Shown here in pieces: positions 10,540 to 19,403 of a stretch of DNA of 64,000 nucleotides (the first letter of the stretch is position 1; each line of letters starts with the position of its first letter). Made by a program: the position numbers and the translations under genes. This DNA comes from Candidatus Tectimicrobiota bacterium (GTDB lineage Bacteria > JACPUC01). The stretch is taken from assembly GCA_016192455.1 (NCBI GenBank), contig JACPUC010000003.1, positions 186,001-250,000 on the forward strand, written 5' to 3'. The notes under the pieces are model-generated. The model was not told where the DNA came from, did not search any database, and saw only the letters and a list, made by a program, of their open reading frames with translations.

Positions 10540-10643
10540 GTAGGGGCGGGGCTTGCTGCCCCGCCCGGAACCGAAGGCTGCGAGGGAGCCCTGCCCCCTC
10601 GCGCACCCTCTCATTGTAGGGGCGGTGCGCGAACCGCCCCTAC
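10540..10643. repeat. REP cluster with MITE fragment
   Basis: GTAGGGGCGGGGCTTG variant, a reverse GCGAGGGAG...CCCTCGCGCACCC hairpin, and GTAGGGGCGGTGCGCGAACCGCCCCTAC at 10616-10643. Confidence 0.8.
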
Positions 10644-10738
10644 CCCCGCAGGAACTGCGGCGTCGGTGAGCGAGGGTGCCGCACAAAACCATCCAGCCTG
10701 CCGCGCTCCAAACCGCCAACGAGCCTTTGGCCCTCACC

Positions 10739-11209
10739 CTAGGTCGTCTTCACCGCCTCGAGGGCGGGGTCGGCGTACTTTGGCAAGATGTTCGTACCAC
10801 CCCCCACGAGGATTTGCAACCAGAGCGGCTCGACGCCGTGGTTGCGGTAGCCGTGCATGGCGTTGGGCGGGTTGAAGATGAGGTCGAGCGGCCCCAGCTC
10901 GCGCTGACACGTCTCGCCGTTCTCCTCCCAGAAGACGGTCACGTAGCCCTTCAGGACGAAGAAGATCTCCTCGTGCGGGTGGCAGTGCATGGGGGCCCCC
11001 TGTCCCGGCGGCACGTACATGACGCTGACGTTGAAGGTCCCCTCGTCGATGGTGTTGTGCTGCCGGTTGCGGTACGTCTTCGGGCCGACGTAGCGGTAGG
11101 CCGCCCGCCGGTTGCCCTCATGCCGCGCCTCCTCGAACATCTCCCAGTCCGGCTCCTTGGCGGCGAAGCGCGCCAGGTAGCGCTCCATCTTCTCGTCAAG
11201 ACTCGCCAT
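10739..11209 (-). CDS. Cupin domain protein
   Basis: MHCHPHEEIF and PPNAMHGYRN metal-binding motifs. Confidence 0.88.
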   Translation of the reverse strand: MASLDEKMERYLARFAAKEPDWEMFEEARHEGNRRAAYRYVGPKTYRNRQHNTIDEGTFNVSVMYVPPGQGAPMHCHPHEEIFFVLKGYVTVFWEENGETCQRELGPLDLIFNPPNAMHGYRNHGVEPLWLQILVGGGTNILPKYADPALEAVKTT

Positions 11210-11553
11210 GACGGTGGCTCTCCTCTGGGTTGTGCCAGTTGTCACAGTGCAAAGCGTCCGTCGCTTGGACGCCATGCTACCCCAACCCCCGGGCGGCGGC
11301 AATGGGGGTCTTCGGGTATGAAGCGCCACTCATAAGGCGTCAGGAAGGCGGCGACGGACTCAGGGGGGATGGCGGAGAGGGTGACAGGAGTGGGGGGCGC
11401 TCGAATCAATCAGGCGGTTTTCAACGGGCCTTCCACTCCTTCCAAATCCGCTCGGCGTGTATCGGCTGAAGTTCAAAAGGGTTGACAGCCACTCAACACC
11501 TCCTGCGTAAAGAATCGCCTCTCCACGAAACGGGGTCAATGCAGTCGTGAGCT

Positions 11554-11991
11554 TCAGAAACTTAGCGTGAATTCGCCTTGATAGCCGATATAGACCAACA
11601 CTCCGTGTTTCAAAATATCCCTGCCGATAAGCGCCTGAATATACTGGCCGACTAACGGGACAGCAATTGCCGTGACTTGACTCAGTTTAACCCTACTGGG
11701 AATGAAGAATAGGTCAATGTCATAAAGATGGAAGGGAACCGGAGAGGTTGTTGAGGGTGTACGGACGTTCTGGATGCCGGTTGGCTGAATCCCAAGGGAA
11801 TGAATAACTGATTGTTGAATCGCCGTCCGGCTTGCGCCGGTGTCAATAATAGCTGTCACCTTTACCGGCTCTGGAACCGCCAAGCCCTGCGATTGAAGCT
11901 TGCGTGTCAACGCCATGGTTGGGCCAATCAGTATTTCTAAAATCGGCCCACTTATTTCAAGATTGCTTAACCTGGTGGTGAACGACGGCAT
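11554..11991 (-). CDS. Retropepsin-like (clan AA) aspartyl protease
   Basis: IIDTGA catalytic motif and LIGRD; low GC. Confidence 0.85.
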   Translation of the reverse strand: MPSFTTRLSNLEISGPILEILIGPTMALTRKLQSQGLAVPEPVKVTAIIDTGASRTAIQQSVIHSLGIQPTGIQNVRTPSTTSPVPFHLYDIDLFFIPSRVKLSQVTAIAVPLVGQYIQALIGRDILKHGVLVYIGYQGEFTLSF

Positions 11992-11994
11992 AGA

Positions 11995-12237
11995 TCAAAT
12001 AGCGATGTAGTGTGAAGCGAACTCAGCCGGCACGTCCATTTCGAGCACCTCTTTTACCAGGAACGGCTCATTGCCGAACTCCTCATATCCACGCCCTACC
12101 GCGTCAGGCCTGGTATCGAAAGTTCCAATGATGCGTTCGCCCTTGATCAAAACGAATTTCCCCTCGGCGCTGGCGAGGAGTGCGCCCTTGTTGGCTTCAA
12201 AGGTGCTAAGTTCCTTGTCTAAGAGCGTAGCTCTCAT
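11995..12237 (-). CDS. Small DUF5678-like protein upstream of the aspartyl protease
   Basis: 80 aa with EGKFVLIKGERIIG...GYEEFG..PFLV pattern; ends 3 bp before the protease start. Confidence 0.65.
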   Translation of the reverse strand: MRATLLDKELSTFEANKGALLASAEGKFVLIKGERIIGTFDTRPDAVGRGYEEFGNEPFLVKEVLEMDVPAEFASHYIAI

Positions 12238-12503
12238 GTGCTTGCCCTCTGCTCATGCTTACTGCACCGCGTCACGGTGGACACGCAGGTCGTCTTCGTC
12301 CTCGCGCTTTTCGCCCTCCGCGGCTGACGCCCTGCCCGGCAGAACATCCGTGGTGCGCTTTTCTTCCGAACCTCCAGCCCCTGTTAGCCTCTAGCACAAA
12401 TCTGTGACAATGGAAAGGCAACGTCAATGCCTGTGCATGCAGCAACACTGCCCCCATTGAGAAAGGACGTTGCCGTTCGTGACGGTATTTCTACACCAGG
12501 GCG

Positions 12504-12645
12504 TCACACCCCCTCGATCTCGTAGGCGCTGAGGTCGACGGGCTTCATGGTGGCGCGCTCGAACTGCGGCTGGCGGGGCAGGGGGACGGTGGCGTCGATG
12601 CCGAGGCGGGTCCACTTGCGTGCTCCACCATGGGGTTGAGGCGGT
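12504..12645 (-). repeat. Displaced duplicate of the UbiD gene 3' end
   Basis: Near-identical to 13470-13612, including the stop position (TGA versus TAG), with a 1-bp deletion. Confidence 0.92.
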
Positions 12646-12708
12646 CACGAGCGCCCCTTCATTCCTGCGGATGCGGAGGTTTCCTCCTCTCTTCCTCAAG
12701 CTTCCCCG

Positions 12709-13122
12709 TCATGGCCGCGCCACTTCAGGCAGTCGAGCAAGAATGGTCTCGTAGACCGCCGTCGCCAATATCCGGGCCCGCGCGGCGTCTTCAAGAGATG
12801 GTTCCCCCGGCTCCTGGGGGTAGCGGAACTGCCACGCATAGGGCGTCAGCTCTTCGGCCTGCTCGCACACCGGCTGCAGCGAGGCGTCAATCGCCGCGCT
12901 CTCTCGCCCGAGCTCGCGCAGGTCGTGGGTTTTCCGAAACGGCACGTCGTGCCAAGTGAGAAAGGCTTTGAGGGCCTTCTCGGCGGCCTGCTGGGCATGG
13001 AAGAGGACGTCTTCGAGGAACGGCGGGGTAGCGGAGAGGGCGATGTCAACGCCGCGCAGGTCTTTGCCGGCCCGTACGAGCCATGCCCGCGTGTCTTCGA
13101 CAAGTCGCGGGTCATGCGCCAT
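12709..13122 (-). CDS. HEPN domain protein (MNT-HEPN pair)
   Basis: FHAQQAAEKALKA, KTHDL and RYP motifs; overlaps the end of the MNT gene. Confidence 0.9.
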   Translation of the reverse strand: MAHDPRLVEDTRAWLVRAGKDLRGVDIALSATPPFLEDVLFHAQQAAEKALKAFLTWHDVPFRKTHDLRELGRESAAIDASLQPVCEQAEELTPYAWQFRYPQEPGEPSLEDAARARILATAVYETILARLPEVARP

Positions 13123-13444
13123 ACAGCAGCTTCCCCTCGCGGACGACGGTTGACGGGAAGGATGCCTTGAGGTGGAGACGGCCATCGAAGGCCTCGCGCG
13201 TCCACACCTGCACGTCCACCGCCGCGCCGATGCCTCGCAGGGCGAGGTACCCTTGCTGCGAGCGCCGGTGCGGTGGATCGGGAGAGGAGGCCACCACGAC
13301 CATGATGTCGAAGTCGCTGTCCGCTCCAGCGTCGCCCCGGGCCTTCGAGCCGAAGAGATAGATTCGCTCGGGAGCGAACACTTCCACGAGCCGGCGCACA
13401 ATCTCTTCGAGGATCGCGTCCTGTTCCGCGGTCGGATTGGTCAT
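13112..13444 (-). CDS. Minimal nucleotidyltransferase (MNT)
   Basis: LFGSKARG..DSDFD motif. Confidence 0.9.
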   Translation of the reverse strand: MTNPTAEQDAILEEIVRRLVEVFAPERIYLFGSKARGDAGADSDFDIMVVVASSPDPPHRRSQQGYLALRGIGAAVDVQVWTREAFDGRLHLKASFPSTVVREGKLLYGA

Positions 13445-13469
13445 CAGCGTGCCTTGACGAACCGCCCCG

Positions 13470-14837
13470 CTACACCCCCTCAATCTCATAGGCGCCGAGG
13501 TCGACGGGCTTCATGGTGGCGCGCTCGAACTGCGGCTGGCGGGGCAGGGGGACGGTGGCGTCGATGCCGAGGCGGGTCCACTTGTCGTGCTCCACCATGG
13601 GGTTAAGGCGGTGGCCGATGGCGTCGTGGACGAAGAGGAGGTCCTTCTCGAAGCGGCAGCGCGTGGCGACGGCCCACTCCACGTCGGCCAGGCTGAAGAT
13701 GTTGACGTCGCGGTCCACCACCGTGACGATCTTCAGGAAGGGGAGGGCCACGAAGGCGGCCATGATGGCGTTGCGCTGGCTGCCTTCGACGCGTTTCTCC
13801 ATCTGCACCACGAGGTGGTAGGGGACGCTGCCGTCGGAGAGGTGCACCGCCGTCACCTCCGGCACCAGGCTGTGCACCTTCTCGTAGATGCCGGCCTCGG
13901 TGATCAGGGAGAAGGCGTTGTACACCTCCTTGCCGGAGAGGATGGAGTGGAAGATCGGCTCGCGCCGGCGGGTGATGGCGCTGACCTCGAAGACCCAGCG
14001 CTGGTCGCGGTTGGCGTAGTAGCCGGTGACCTCGGCGTAGGGGCCTTCCGGCTCGCGGCGGTTCGGCAGGAGGCGGCCCTCGAGCACGAACTGAGCGTTG
14101 GCGATGGCCTCCACGCCGACGGTCTGCGCCTCGAGGAGCTGCAGCGGCTCGCCGAGGAGCTGGCTGGAGATGCCCAGCTCATCCATCTCCAGGGGAGCCG
14201 CCGAGGCAGGCGCCGCCGCGGCCATGTTGACGCAGTAGTCAACGCCGTTGTTCACCGTGATCTCAAGCGGCGCCCCCTTCGCCTCGGCGCGCTTGAAGTA
14301 GTCCATCAGGTGCCCCAGCTCCTCGAGCAGGAGCGCGAAGCGCTTCTTGCCGGTCACCATCATGCGGTGGATGGAGGCGTTGCGCACGCCGGTGTCAGGG
14401 TCCTTGGCGATGACGACGCTGGAGGTGAGGTACGGCCCGCCGTCCTTCTCGGCATGGTGCGGAATGGGAAGCTTCGAGACGTCGGGCAGCCGCTCGACGA
14501 CCTCGTTCGCCGGCCCGCGCTTCAGCACCACCGGTTCCATGGGCGCCCGGCGCCAGGCTTTGATCTCCTCGCTGAGCAGGAAGGGAAGCCGCTCGCTGGT
14601 GCTGTTGAAGAAGGACGCCAGGATGTCGCGGTTCCAGTACAAGCCGATCAGCACCGGGTAGGCGCGCCGTTCCACCTTCTCGAAGAGGACGACTTTGCCG
14701 CCCTCGAACTTCTTGGCGATGCCCGCCAGCTCGTGCTTCAGGGAGACGGGGCTCTTCACGCGCACGAGCTGGTTCTGCTTCTCGAGGTGGGCGATATACG
14801 CCTGCAGGTCGATCAAGCCGCGTTTCGCCAGGTCCAT
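13470..14837 (-). CDS. UbiD family (prFMN-dependent) decarboxylase
   Basis: DGGPY, NASIHR, EGPYAE, VDRDV and GIDAT motifs. Confidence 0.92.
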   Translation of the reverse strand: MDLAKRGLIDLQAYIAHLEKQNQLVRVKSPVSLKHELAGIAKKFEGGKVVLFEKVERRAYPVLIGLYWNRDILASFFNSTSERLPFLLSEEIKAWRRAPMEPVVLKRGPANEVVERLPDVSKLPIPHHAEKDGGPYLTSSVVIAKDPDTGVRNASIHRMMVTGKKRFALLLEELGHLMDYFKRAEAKGAPLEITVNNGVDYCVNMAAAAPASAAPLEMDELGISSQLLGEPLQLLEAQTVGVEAIANAQFVLEGRLLPNRREPEGPYAEVTGYYANRDQRWVFEVSAITRRREPIFHSILSGKEVYNAFSLITEAGIYEKVHSLVPEVTAVHLSDGSVPYHLVVQMEKRVEGSQRNAIMAAFVALPFLKIVTVVDRDVNIFSLADVEWAVATRCRFEKDLLFVHDAIGHRLNPMVEHDKWTRLGIDATVPLPRQPQFERATMKPVDLGAYEIEGV

Positions 14838-15081
14838 GCTCGTCCCGCCCTTTCCGCCCTCGGCCCGCCCGCGCCGCAAGCAAAAGGCCGGGAACGTTGG
14901 CCCCCGGCCCCCAACGACCCTTGAGTCCGCGGTGGCGTCGCAGCCGCTCACGGCACCGCCCTGCTCCGCGCGGCACCCCTCGCGCGGCTTTCGCGCGCCG
15001 GCGCTTGCGGCGCGACGCAACCCCCGCCGCAGCCGCGGCCAGTCGCCACCCCTCCCTCTCGGCCCAGGGGCTTCGTTCTTG

Positions 15082-16482
15082 CTACTTGCTCATGCCGGCG
15101 AGGGCCGCGGCGATCTCCTCGGTGCGCGGCTGCGACTCGATATCCTTCAGGGTGCGCCGGATTTCCTCCTCCGGCAGATCGTACGGCTGCATGCGGCCGT
15201 TGTTGAACTCGTCGTAGGCGCTGAGATCGAAGAGGCCGTGGCCGCTCATGTTGAAGAGGATGACCTCGGCCCGCCCCGCCGCCTTGCAGCGCAGCGCCTC
15301 ATCGATGGCGGCGCGCAGGCCGTGGGCGCTCTCCGGGGCGGGGATGAAGCCTTCGCACTGGGCGAACAGGCGCGCCGACTCGAAGACCTTCATCTGATTG
15401 TAGGCGCGCGGCTCCATGTGGCCGAGGTTGTAGAGGTGGCTGATGAGCGGCCCCATGCCGTGGTGCCGCAGGCCGCCGGCGTGAATCTTGGCCGGGATGA
15501 AGGTGTGCCCCAGGGTGTGCATGGGGATCAGCGGCGTGAGCTTGTTGCTGTCGCCGTAGTCATAGCGGAACTCGCCGCGCGTCAGGCTCGGGCAGGCCGT
15601 CGGCTCCACCGGCATGAAGCGCGTCTTGGCGCCGTTCACCAGCCGATCCCGCAGGAACGGGAAAGCCAGGCCGCCGAAGCTGCTGCCGCCGGCGCAGCAG
15701 CCGATGATGATGTCCGGGTAGTCTCCGGCCATCTCCATCTGTTTGCGCGCCTCCTGCCCGATCACCGTCTGGTGCATGATGACGTGGTTCAGCAGGCTGC
15801 CGAGGAGGTACTTGGACCCCTTGGTGTTCAGGGCGTCTTCCATGCCCTCGGCAATGGCCATGCTGAGGCTTCCCGGGGTATCGGGGTCCTTCGCCAGGAT
15901 GGCGCGGCCCGCCGCGGTGAGGGGGCTGGGGCTGGCGTCGACCTTGGCGCCCCAGGTCTCCATGAGGATGCGGCGGTACGGTTTCTGGTCGTAGCTGATG
16001 CGCACCATGTAGACCTGGCAGGCAAGGCCGAAGAGCTTCGCGGCCATGGCCATGGAGCTGCCCCACTGGCCGGCGCCGGTCTCGGTGGTGCAGCGCGTCC
16101 CCCCCTCCTTCTTCAGGTAGTACGCCTGCGCCACCGCCGTGTTCAGCTTGTGGCTGCCGGCGGGGCTGACCCCTTCGTACTTGTAGTAAATTCTCGCCGG
16201 CGTATCGAGGACCTTCTCGAGCCGCCGCGCCCGGTGCAGAGGCGTGGGCCGCCAGATCGCCAGCTTGTCGCGCACCTCGTCGGGAATCTCGATCCAGCGC
16301 TCGCTGCTCACCTCCTGGGCCACGCACTCCGCCGGAAAGATCGCCGTCATCTTCGCCAGGTCGACCGGCATCTTGGTGGCGGGGTCGATCGGCGGCAGCA
16401 GCGGCTGGGGGAGATCGGCCTGGACGTTGTACCAATGGGTGGGGATGGCTGACTCGTCGAGAATGTACTTGTAGCGCTCCAA
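15082..16482 (-). CDS. trpB2: Tryptophan synthase beta chain type 2 (TrpB2-like PLP enzyme)
   Basis: IPTHWYN, GSHKLNTA, TETGAGQWG, HAGGLR and SGHG motifs. TTG start at 16482 follows GGAGG. Confidence 0.9.
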   Translation of the reverse strand: MERYKYILDESAIPTHWYNVQADLPQPLLPPIDPATKMPVDLAKMTAIFPAECVAQEVSSERWIEIPDEVRDKLAIWRPTPLHRARRLEKVLDTPARIYYKYEGVSPAGSHKLNTAVAQAYYLKKEGGTRCTTETGAGQWGSSMAMAAKLFGLACQVYMVRISYDQKPYRRILMETWGAKVDASPSPLTAAGRAILAKDPDTPGSLSMAIAEGMEDALNTKGSKYLLGSLLNHVIMHQTVIGQEARKQMEMAGDYPDIIIGCCAGGSSFGGLAFPFLRDRLVNGAKTRFMPVEPTACPSLTRGEFRYDYGDSNKLTPLIPMHTLGHTFIPAKIHAGGLRHHGMGPLISHLYNLGHMEPRAYNQMKVFESARLFAQCEGFIPAPESAHGLRAAIDEALRCKAAGRAEVILFNMSGHGLFDLSAYDEFNNGRMQPYDLPEEEIRRTLKDIESQPRTEEIAAALAGMSK

Positions 16483-16801
16483 GGGTGCCTCCACGAGATG
16501 CGGCCCGCCGGCGGCGCAAGCCTGCGCCCCTGCCCTGTTCTCGTGCGCGCTCCATGGCGCGCTCACAGGGGCACGACGGCCACGGCAAGCCGCTGGCTGG
16601 GAAGTGGGGCTCCTTGCCGACGGCGACGGGGGCTGCAAGGAGCATGTCCGAGGATTTGTTTACCGGCGCATTGTGCTAAGTTGGACCCCTGATGTCAACG
16701 TGAATTCATCTTACGGCGCGACGCCGTTGCCGGAACGACGTCGAACGTTCCGGGGTGCGCCTCAGTTCGTCGAAGAGGAGAACCGTGGGTGAGCACCGCT
16801 G

Positions 16802-16829
16802 GTAGGGGCGGTTCGCGAACCGCCCCTAC
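16802..16829. repeat. GTAG REP palindrome
   Basis: Perfect palindrome GTAGGGGCGGTTCGCGAACCGCCCCTAC. Confidence 0.9.
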
Positions 16830-16949
16830 GAGATGATCCGCGTGCAACCGTGGTTCCCATCGCTGTCGCGTCCATCGGCGGTCTTGATGCATCGCAGAGG
16901 CGCGGAGGTCATGTTCGAGGCAGGTCAACCAGAAGAGGCCTTTTTCTAT

Positions 16950-17003
16950 CCACATCGCTTCAAGGTCATCGAGAGCCTGGAACGTCTAGCTTACTTGAGC
17001 CAT
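16950..17003 (-). pseudogene. ParE/RelE toxin remnant
   Basis: Overlaps the antitoxin 3' end and reads MAQVS*TFQALDDLEA, with TAG where a Trp codon is expected; similarity is then lost. Confidence 0.6.
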
Positions 17004-17173
17004 CTCGCCATCCGCCGCCGGGCCTCTTCCTGGCTGATCAGCTCACCACGGTCCGCTTGGCGAAGGCCTCTCTCAATCTTGAAGAAGAGGTAGAGCCGGT
17101 CGATGGCGTCCTCGACGCTCGCGTCGTCCGGTAGCTTTTCGATTGCCTTCAAGATCTGCTGCTTGGTTTCCAC
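16991..17173 (-). CDS. Putative antitoxin (orphan)
   Basis: 60 aa with LPDDASVED..IERGLRQADRGELISQEEAR pattern, typical of ParE/RelE-associated antitoxins. Confidence 0.7.
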   Translation of the reverse strand: METKQQILKAIEKLPDDASVEDAIDRLYLFFKIERGLRQADRGELISQEEARRRMARWLK

Positions 17174-17176
17174 GCC

Positions 17177-17584
17177 TTACCCTCCAATCAACGTTTCAAC
17201 GGCATCGTACCATAAGCTCTCTGCAAGACCAATCCCGCCGACCGGAATGACACAACGCGGGGGCGGCGCGTAGAGACGCGATTTCATAACCAGACCGGGA
17301 AAAGTTGTTCGCCTTTGTCTGTCGATCTTCAACTTCTTGAACTCGTCTTGAGAGCATCTGGGATCAATCATAATCTGGTCGATGAATGTAGCAGGATCAA
17401 TTCCATAGCGGAAAAGGTCGTTGCCCTTTTTTTGTTCTCGCCATACAGCAGCCGGACTTCCCGCTCGTGGCTGAACGCCCGCCGCGCGCGAAACCGACAG
17501 GCCAAACTCGTCGTGAATCTCGGCGCGGACAAAAGCACCTAGGCAGGAAGGCTTCATGCCGATTTTTGCCGATTCTCCACTCAT
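17177..17584 (-). pseudogene. Chimeric remnant: HigA-like N-terminus joined to an unrelated low-GC C-terminal fragment (possibly DUF2971-like)
   Basis: MKPSCLGAFVRAEIHDEFGLSVSRAA resembles a HigA start. IDQIMIDPR...KSRLY then follows in lower-GC DNA. Confidence 0.5.
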
Positions 17585-17907
17585 CGGCGGGCCGGACGGA
17601 CTTCCAGCCGCACGCCTTCCTTCTTCTGGAGATAGGCCACGATGTCGAACAGGTTACGGGCCTGCGGATTGCCCTTCGGGCCAAGCATGCCCATGAGGCT
17701 CTTCGGCGATTTGTGCATGGCCGCGCCAAGTTCTTCGAATCCGACCGTCGCGTTGATATAGTCACGCAAGACGGTCTTGCCGGTTTCCACGTCGCCGGCA
17801 AGAAAGCTTTCGACGCCTTCGCGGAGAAGCGCCTTGCGAAAAGCGGCGTCACGCTGAGCGCGCGCCCGAATCGTTTCCTTGAAATCGCGGGTCAATGCCA
17901 TCGTCAT
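17581..17907 (-). CDS. Addiction module antidote protein (HTH, HI1420-like)
   Basis: MALTRDFKET...LRDYINATVGF...KSL...GNP; overlaps the toxin stop codon. Confidence 0.85.
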   Translation of the reverse strand: MTMALTRDFKETIRARAQRDAAFRKALLREGVESFLAGDVETGKTVLRDYINATVGFEELGAAMHKSPKSLMGMLGPKGNPQARNLFDIVAYLQKKEGVRLEVRPARR

Positions 17908-18233
17908 GGCTCCTGCTTCTTGCGTCGTCGGTAGTCCTGCCAGTAAGTCCGGGCCGCATCGATGTCTCTCTGCTGCCGCTTTTTCGTGCCGCCGCCGAGC
18001 AAGATCACAAGACGGTCGCCGTCCTTGCCAAAATACACCCGCCAGCCAGGGCCGAAGTCGATCCGGCATTCAAGGACGCCGCCCCCAACGCCCTTGATGG
18101 TGGAGAAGTTGCCTTGCCCCATCCGGGTAACAGCCACCGCAACCTTCGCCGCTGCCCGCGCGCTAAGGCTATCGAACCATTTCTCGTAGGGGCTGGCGCC
18201 TTTCTGGTCGAGATACTCCCGGACTTCGATCAT
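17904..18233 (-). CDS. Addiction module killer protein (RelE/ParE superfamily, HI1419-like)
   Basis: GNFS..KGVGGGV.ECRIDFGPGWRVYF...LLGGGTKKRQQRDI. Confidence 0.9.
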   Translation of the reverse strand: MIEVREYLDQKGASPYEKWFDSLSARAAAKVAVAVTRMGQGNFSTIKGVGGGVLECRIDFGPGWRVYFGKDGDRLVILLGGGTKKRQQRDIDAARTYWQDYRRRKKQEP

Positions 18234-18235
18234 CT

Positions 18236-18266
18236 ACAATAGTACCATATATGTTACTATTGTCAA
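18236..18266 (-). promoter_or_regulatory. TA promoter with overlapping palindromic operator
   Basis: TTGACA-N16-TACTAT on the minus strand, overlapped by inverted repeat ACAATAGTACCAT-AT-ATGTTACTATTGT. Confidence 0.75.
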
Positions 18267-18436
18267 CCCTGCGGGGACAGAGGTGCTGTACCGTTTTGTG
18301 GGGAGAGATCGCGGGCGGGCAGGAGGTGAAAGCGGTCTTTGAGGAGGAGCGGCCGGGTCGGCGGTGAAGAGCCTGTTGGAGCGGCTGAGGCTGGAGGCGC
18401 CGCGCGGCGGTGGCGAACAGCCACGCGGGGCCCGCG

Positions 18437-18970
18437 CTACGCCTCCTCGCTCTCGTCGTACTCTTCACCCAAATCGGGGTACTGTGGCGGGCTTTCGCCG
18501 ACGCGCTGGGTGATGCGTGGATACTTGCCGGCCGGGGCTACCTCGTCCACCGCCACCACGTTGACCTGGTGCCACCAATCATCACCGAAGTCGAACCAGT
18601 AGGCGAACGCCGACGCGATCTCGATCCCCAGGGAGCCGATCGTGGTGTGATTGGCGTTTTCCTCCCCCTCGTCCCTGCCGAACGCCGGCGACATGGCCAT
18701 CGGCGGCAGGAATCGCCGCACTTTCCCTGACCCCTCTTCAAGGCGAAACTCGTAGAGGTGCTCGTCCATGCGATCAAAGGCCGCGAAGATGGCGCGATGA
18801 AGCTGGTCCAGGGTCTGGTCGCCGCGCATCTGGATCGTGCGCGACACCACCGGGTTGCGCGCCGCGAATTCTTCCGTGATCAGGCCGCTGGTGAGGACGA
18901 CCTCGAGGGTGAAGAGCCGATTGTCCTGAGTGCCGGTCGCCTTCCTATTCTTCTGGGCTTTGCGCTTCAC
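18437..18970 (-). CDS. Plasmid pRiA4b ORF-3 family protein
   Basis: RTIQMRGDQTLDQLH..IF.AFDR.DEHLYEF, YWFDFGDDWWH and GESPPQYP. Start uncertain. Confidence 0.85.
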   Translation of the reverse strand: MKRKAQKNRKATGTQDNRLFTLEVVLTSGLITEEFAARNPVVSRTIQMRGDQTLDQLHRAIFAAFDRMDEHLYEFRLEEGSGKVRRFLPPMAMSPAFGRDEGEENANHTTIGSLGIEIASAFAYWFDFGDDWWHQVNVVAVDEVAPAGKYPRITQRVGESPPQYPDLGEEYDESEEA

Positions 18971-19403
18971 AACCCAAACCTTCCACGACAGCCGCCGTTC
19001 GGTGTTGCGCTTGCGCGGCCCCTCTCCGGCGCCGCGCCTGAGCCATGGCGGAGCAGGAGGGAGTGTAGCGCATTTTCGCTGCAAGCACCACCGGAACGAG
19101 CACGGCGCTTGCGCCGGCGCATTCCGTGGCGATAGTCCCCCGCTCATTGGTCGAGAAGGCCGCGCAACCGTTCCCTGGCGAGAGAGAAGGCGCGAGGGTG
19201 AGGAGCGATTTCACTTGCTCGGCTGTCGGCATGGCGCGATCCCCCCCGTCCTACCCGGCAGACCCGGCCCACGCTTGATCACCACGCGGCATTGCGCTAT
19301 GACGTACGCACGCTCCCCTGCGGTGGAGAAGGCGGCGCCTCTCCCCGCGGCGCCTGGCGATCGAGTGCCACGCACCCCAGCGACGACACGGAAAGGGCAG
19401 CCC

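Noticed and set aside
8004-10619. Long antisense ORFs (also 1131-3227, 34743-37106, 47733-50444, 54913-56379)
   Set aside because: Shadow frames of real high-GC genes, with no recognisable motifs.
11421-11492. 23-aa mini-ORF MAVNPFELQPIHAERIWKEWKAR with a strong RBS
   Set aside because: Too short to assign; probably a deletion remnant at the cassette edge.
11500-18300. Integron cassette array
   Set aside because: No intI gene and no recognisable attC (RYYYAAC...GTTRRRY) structure between the genes.
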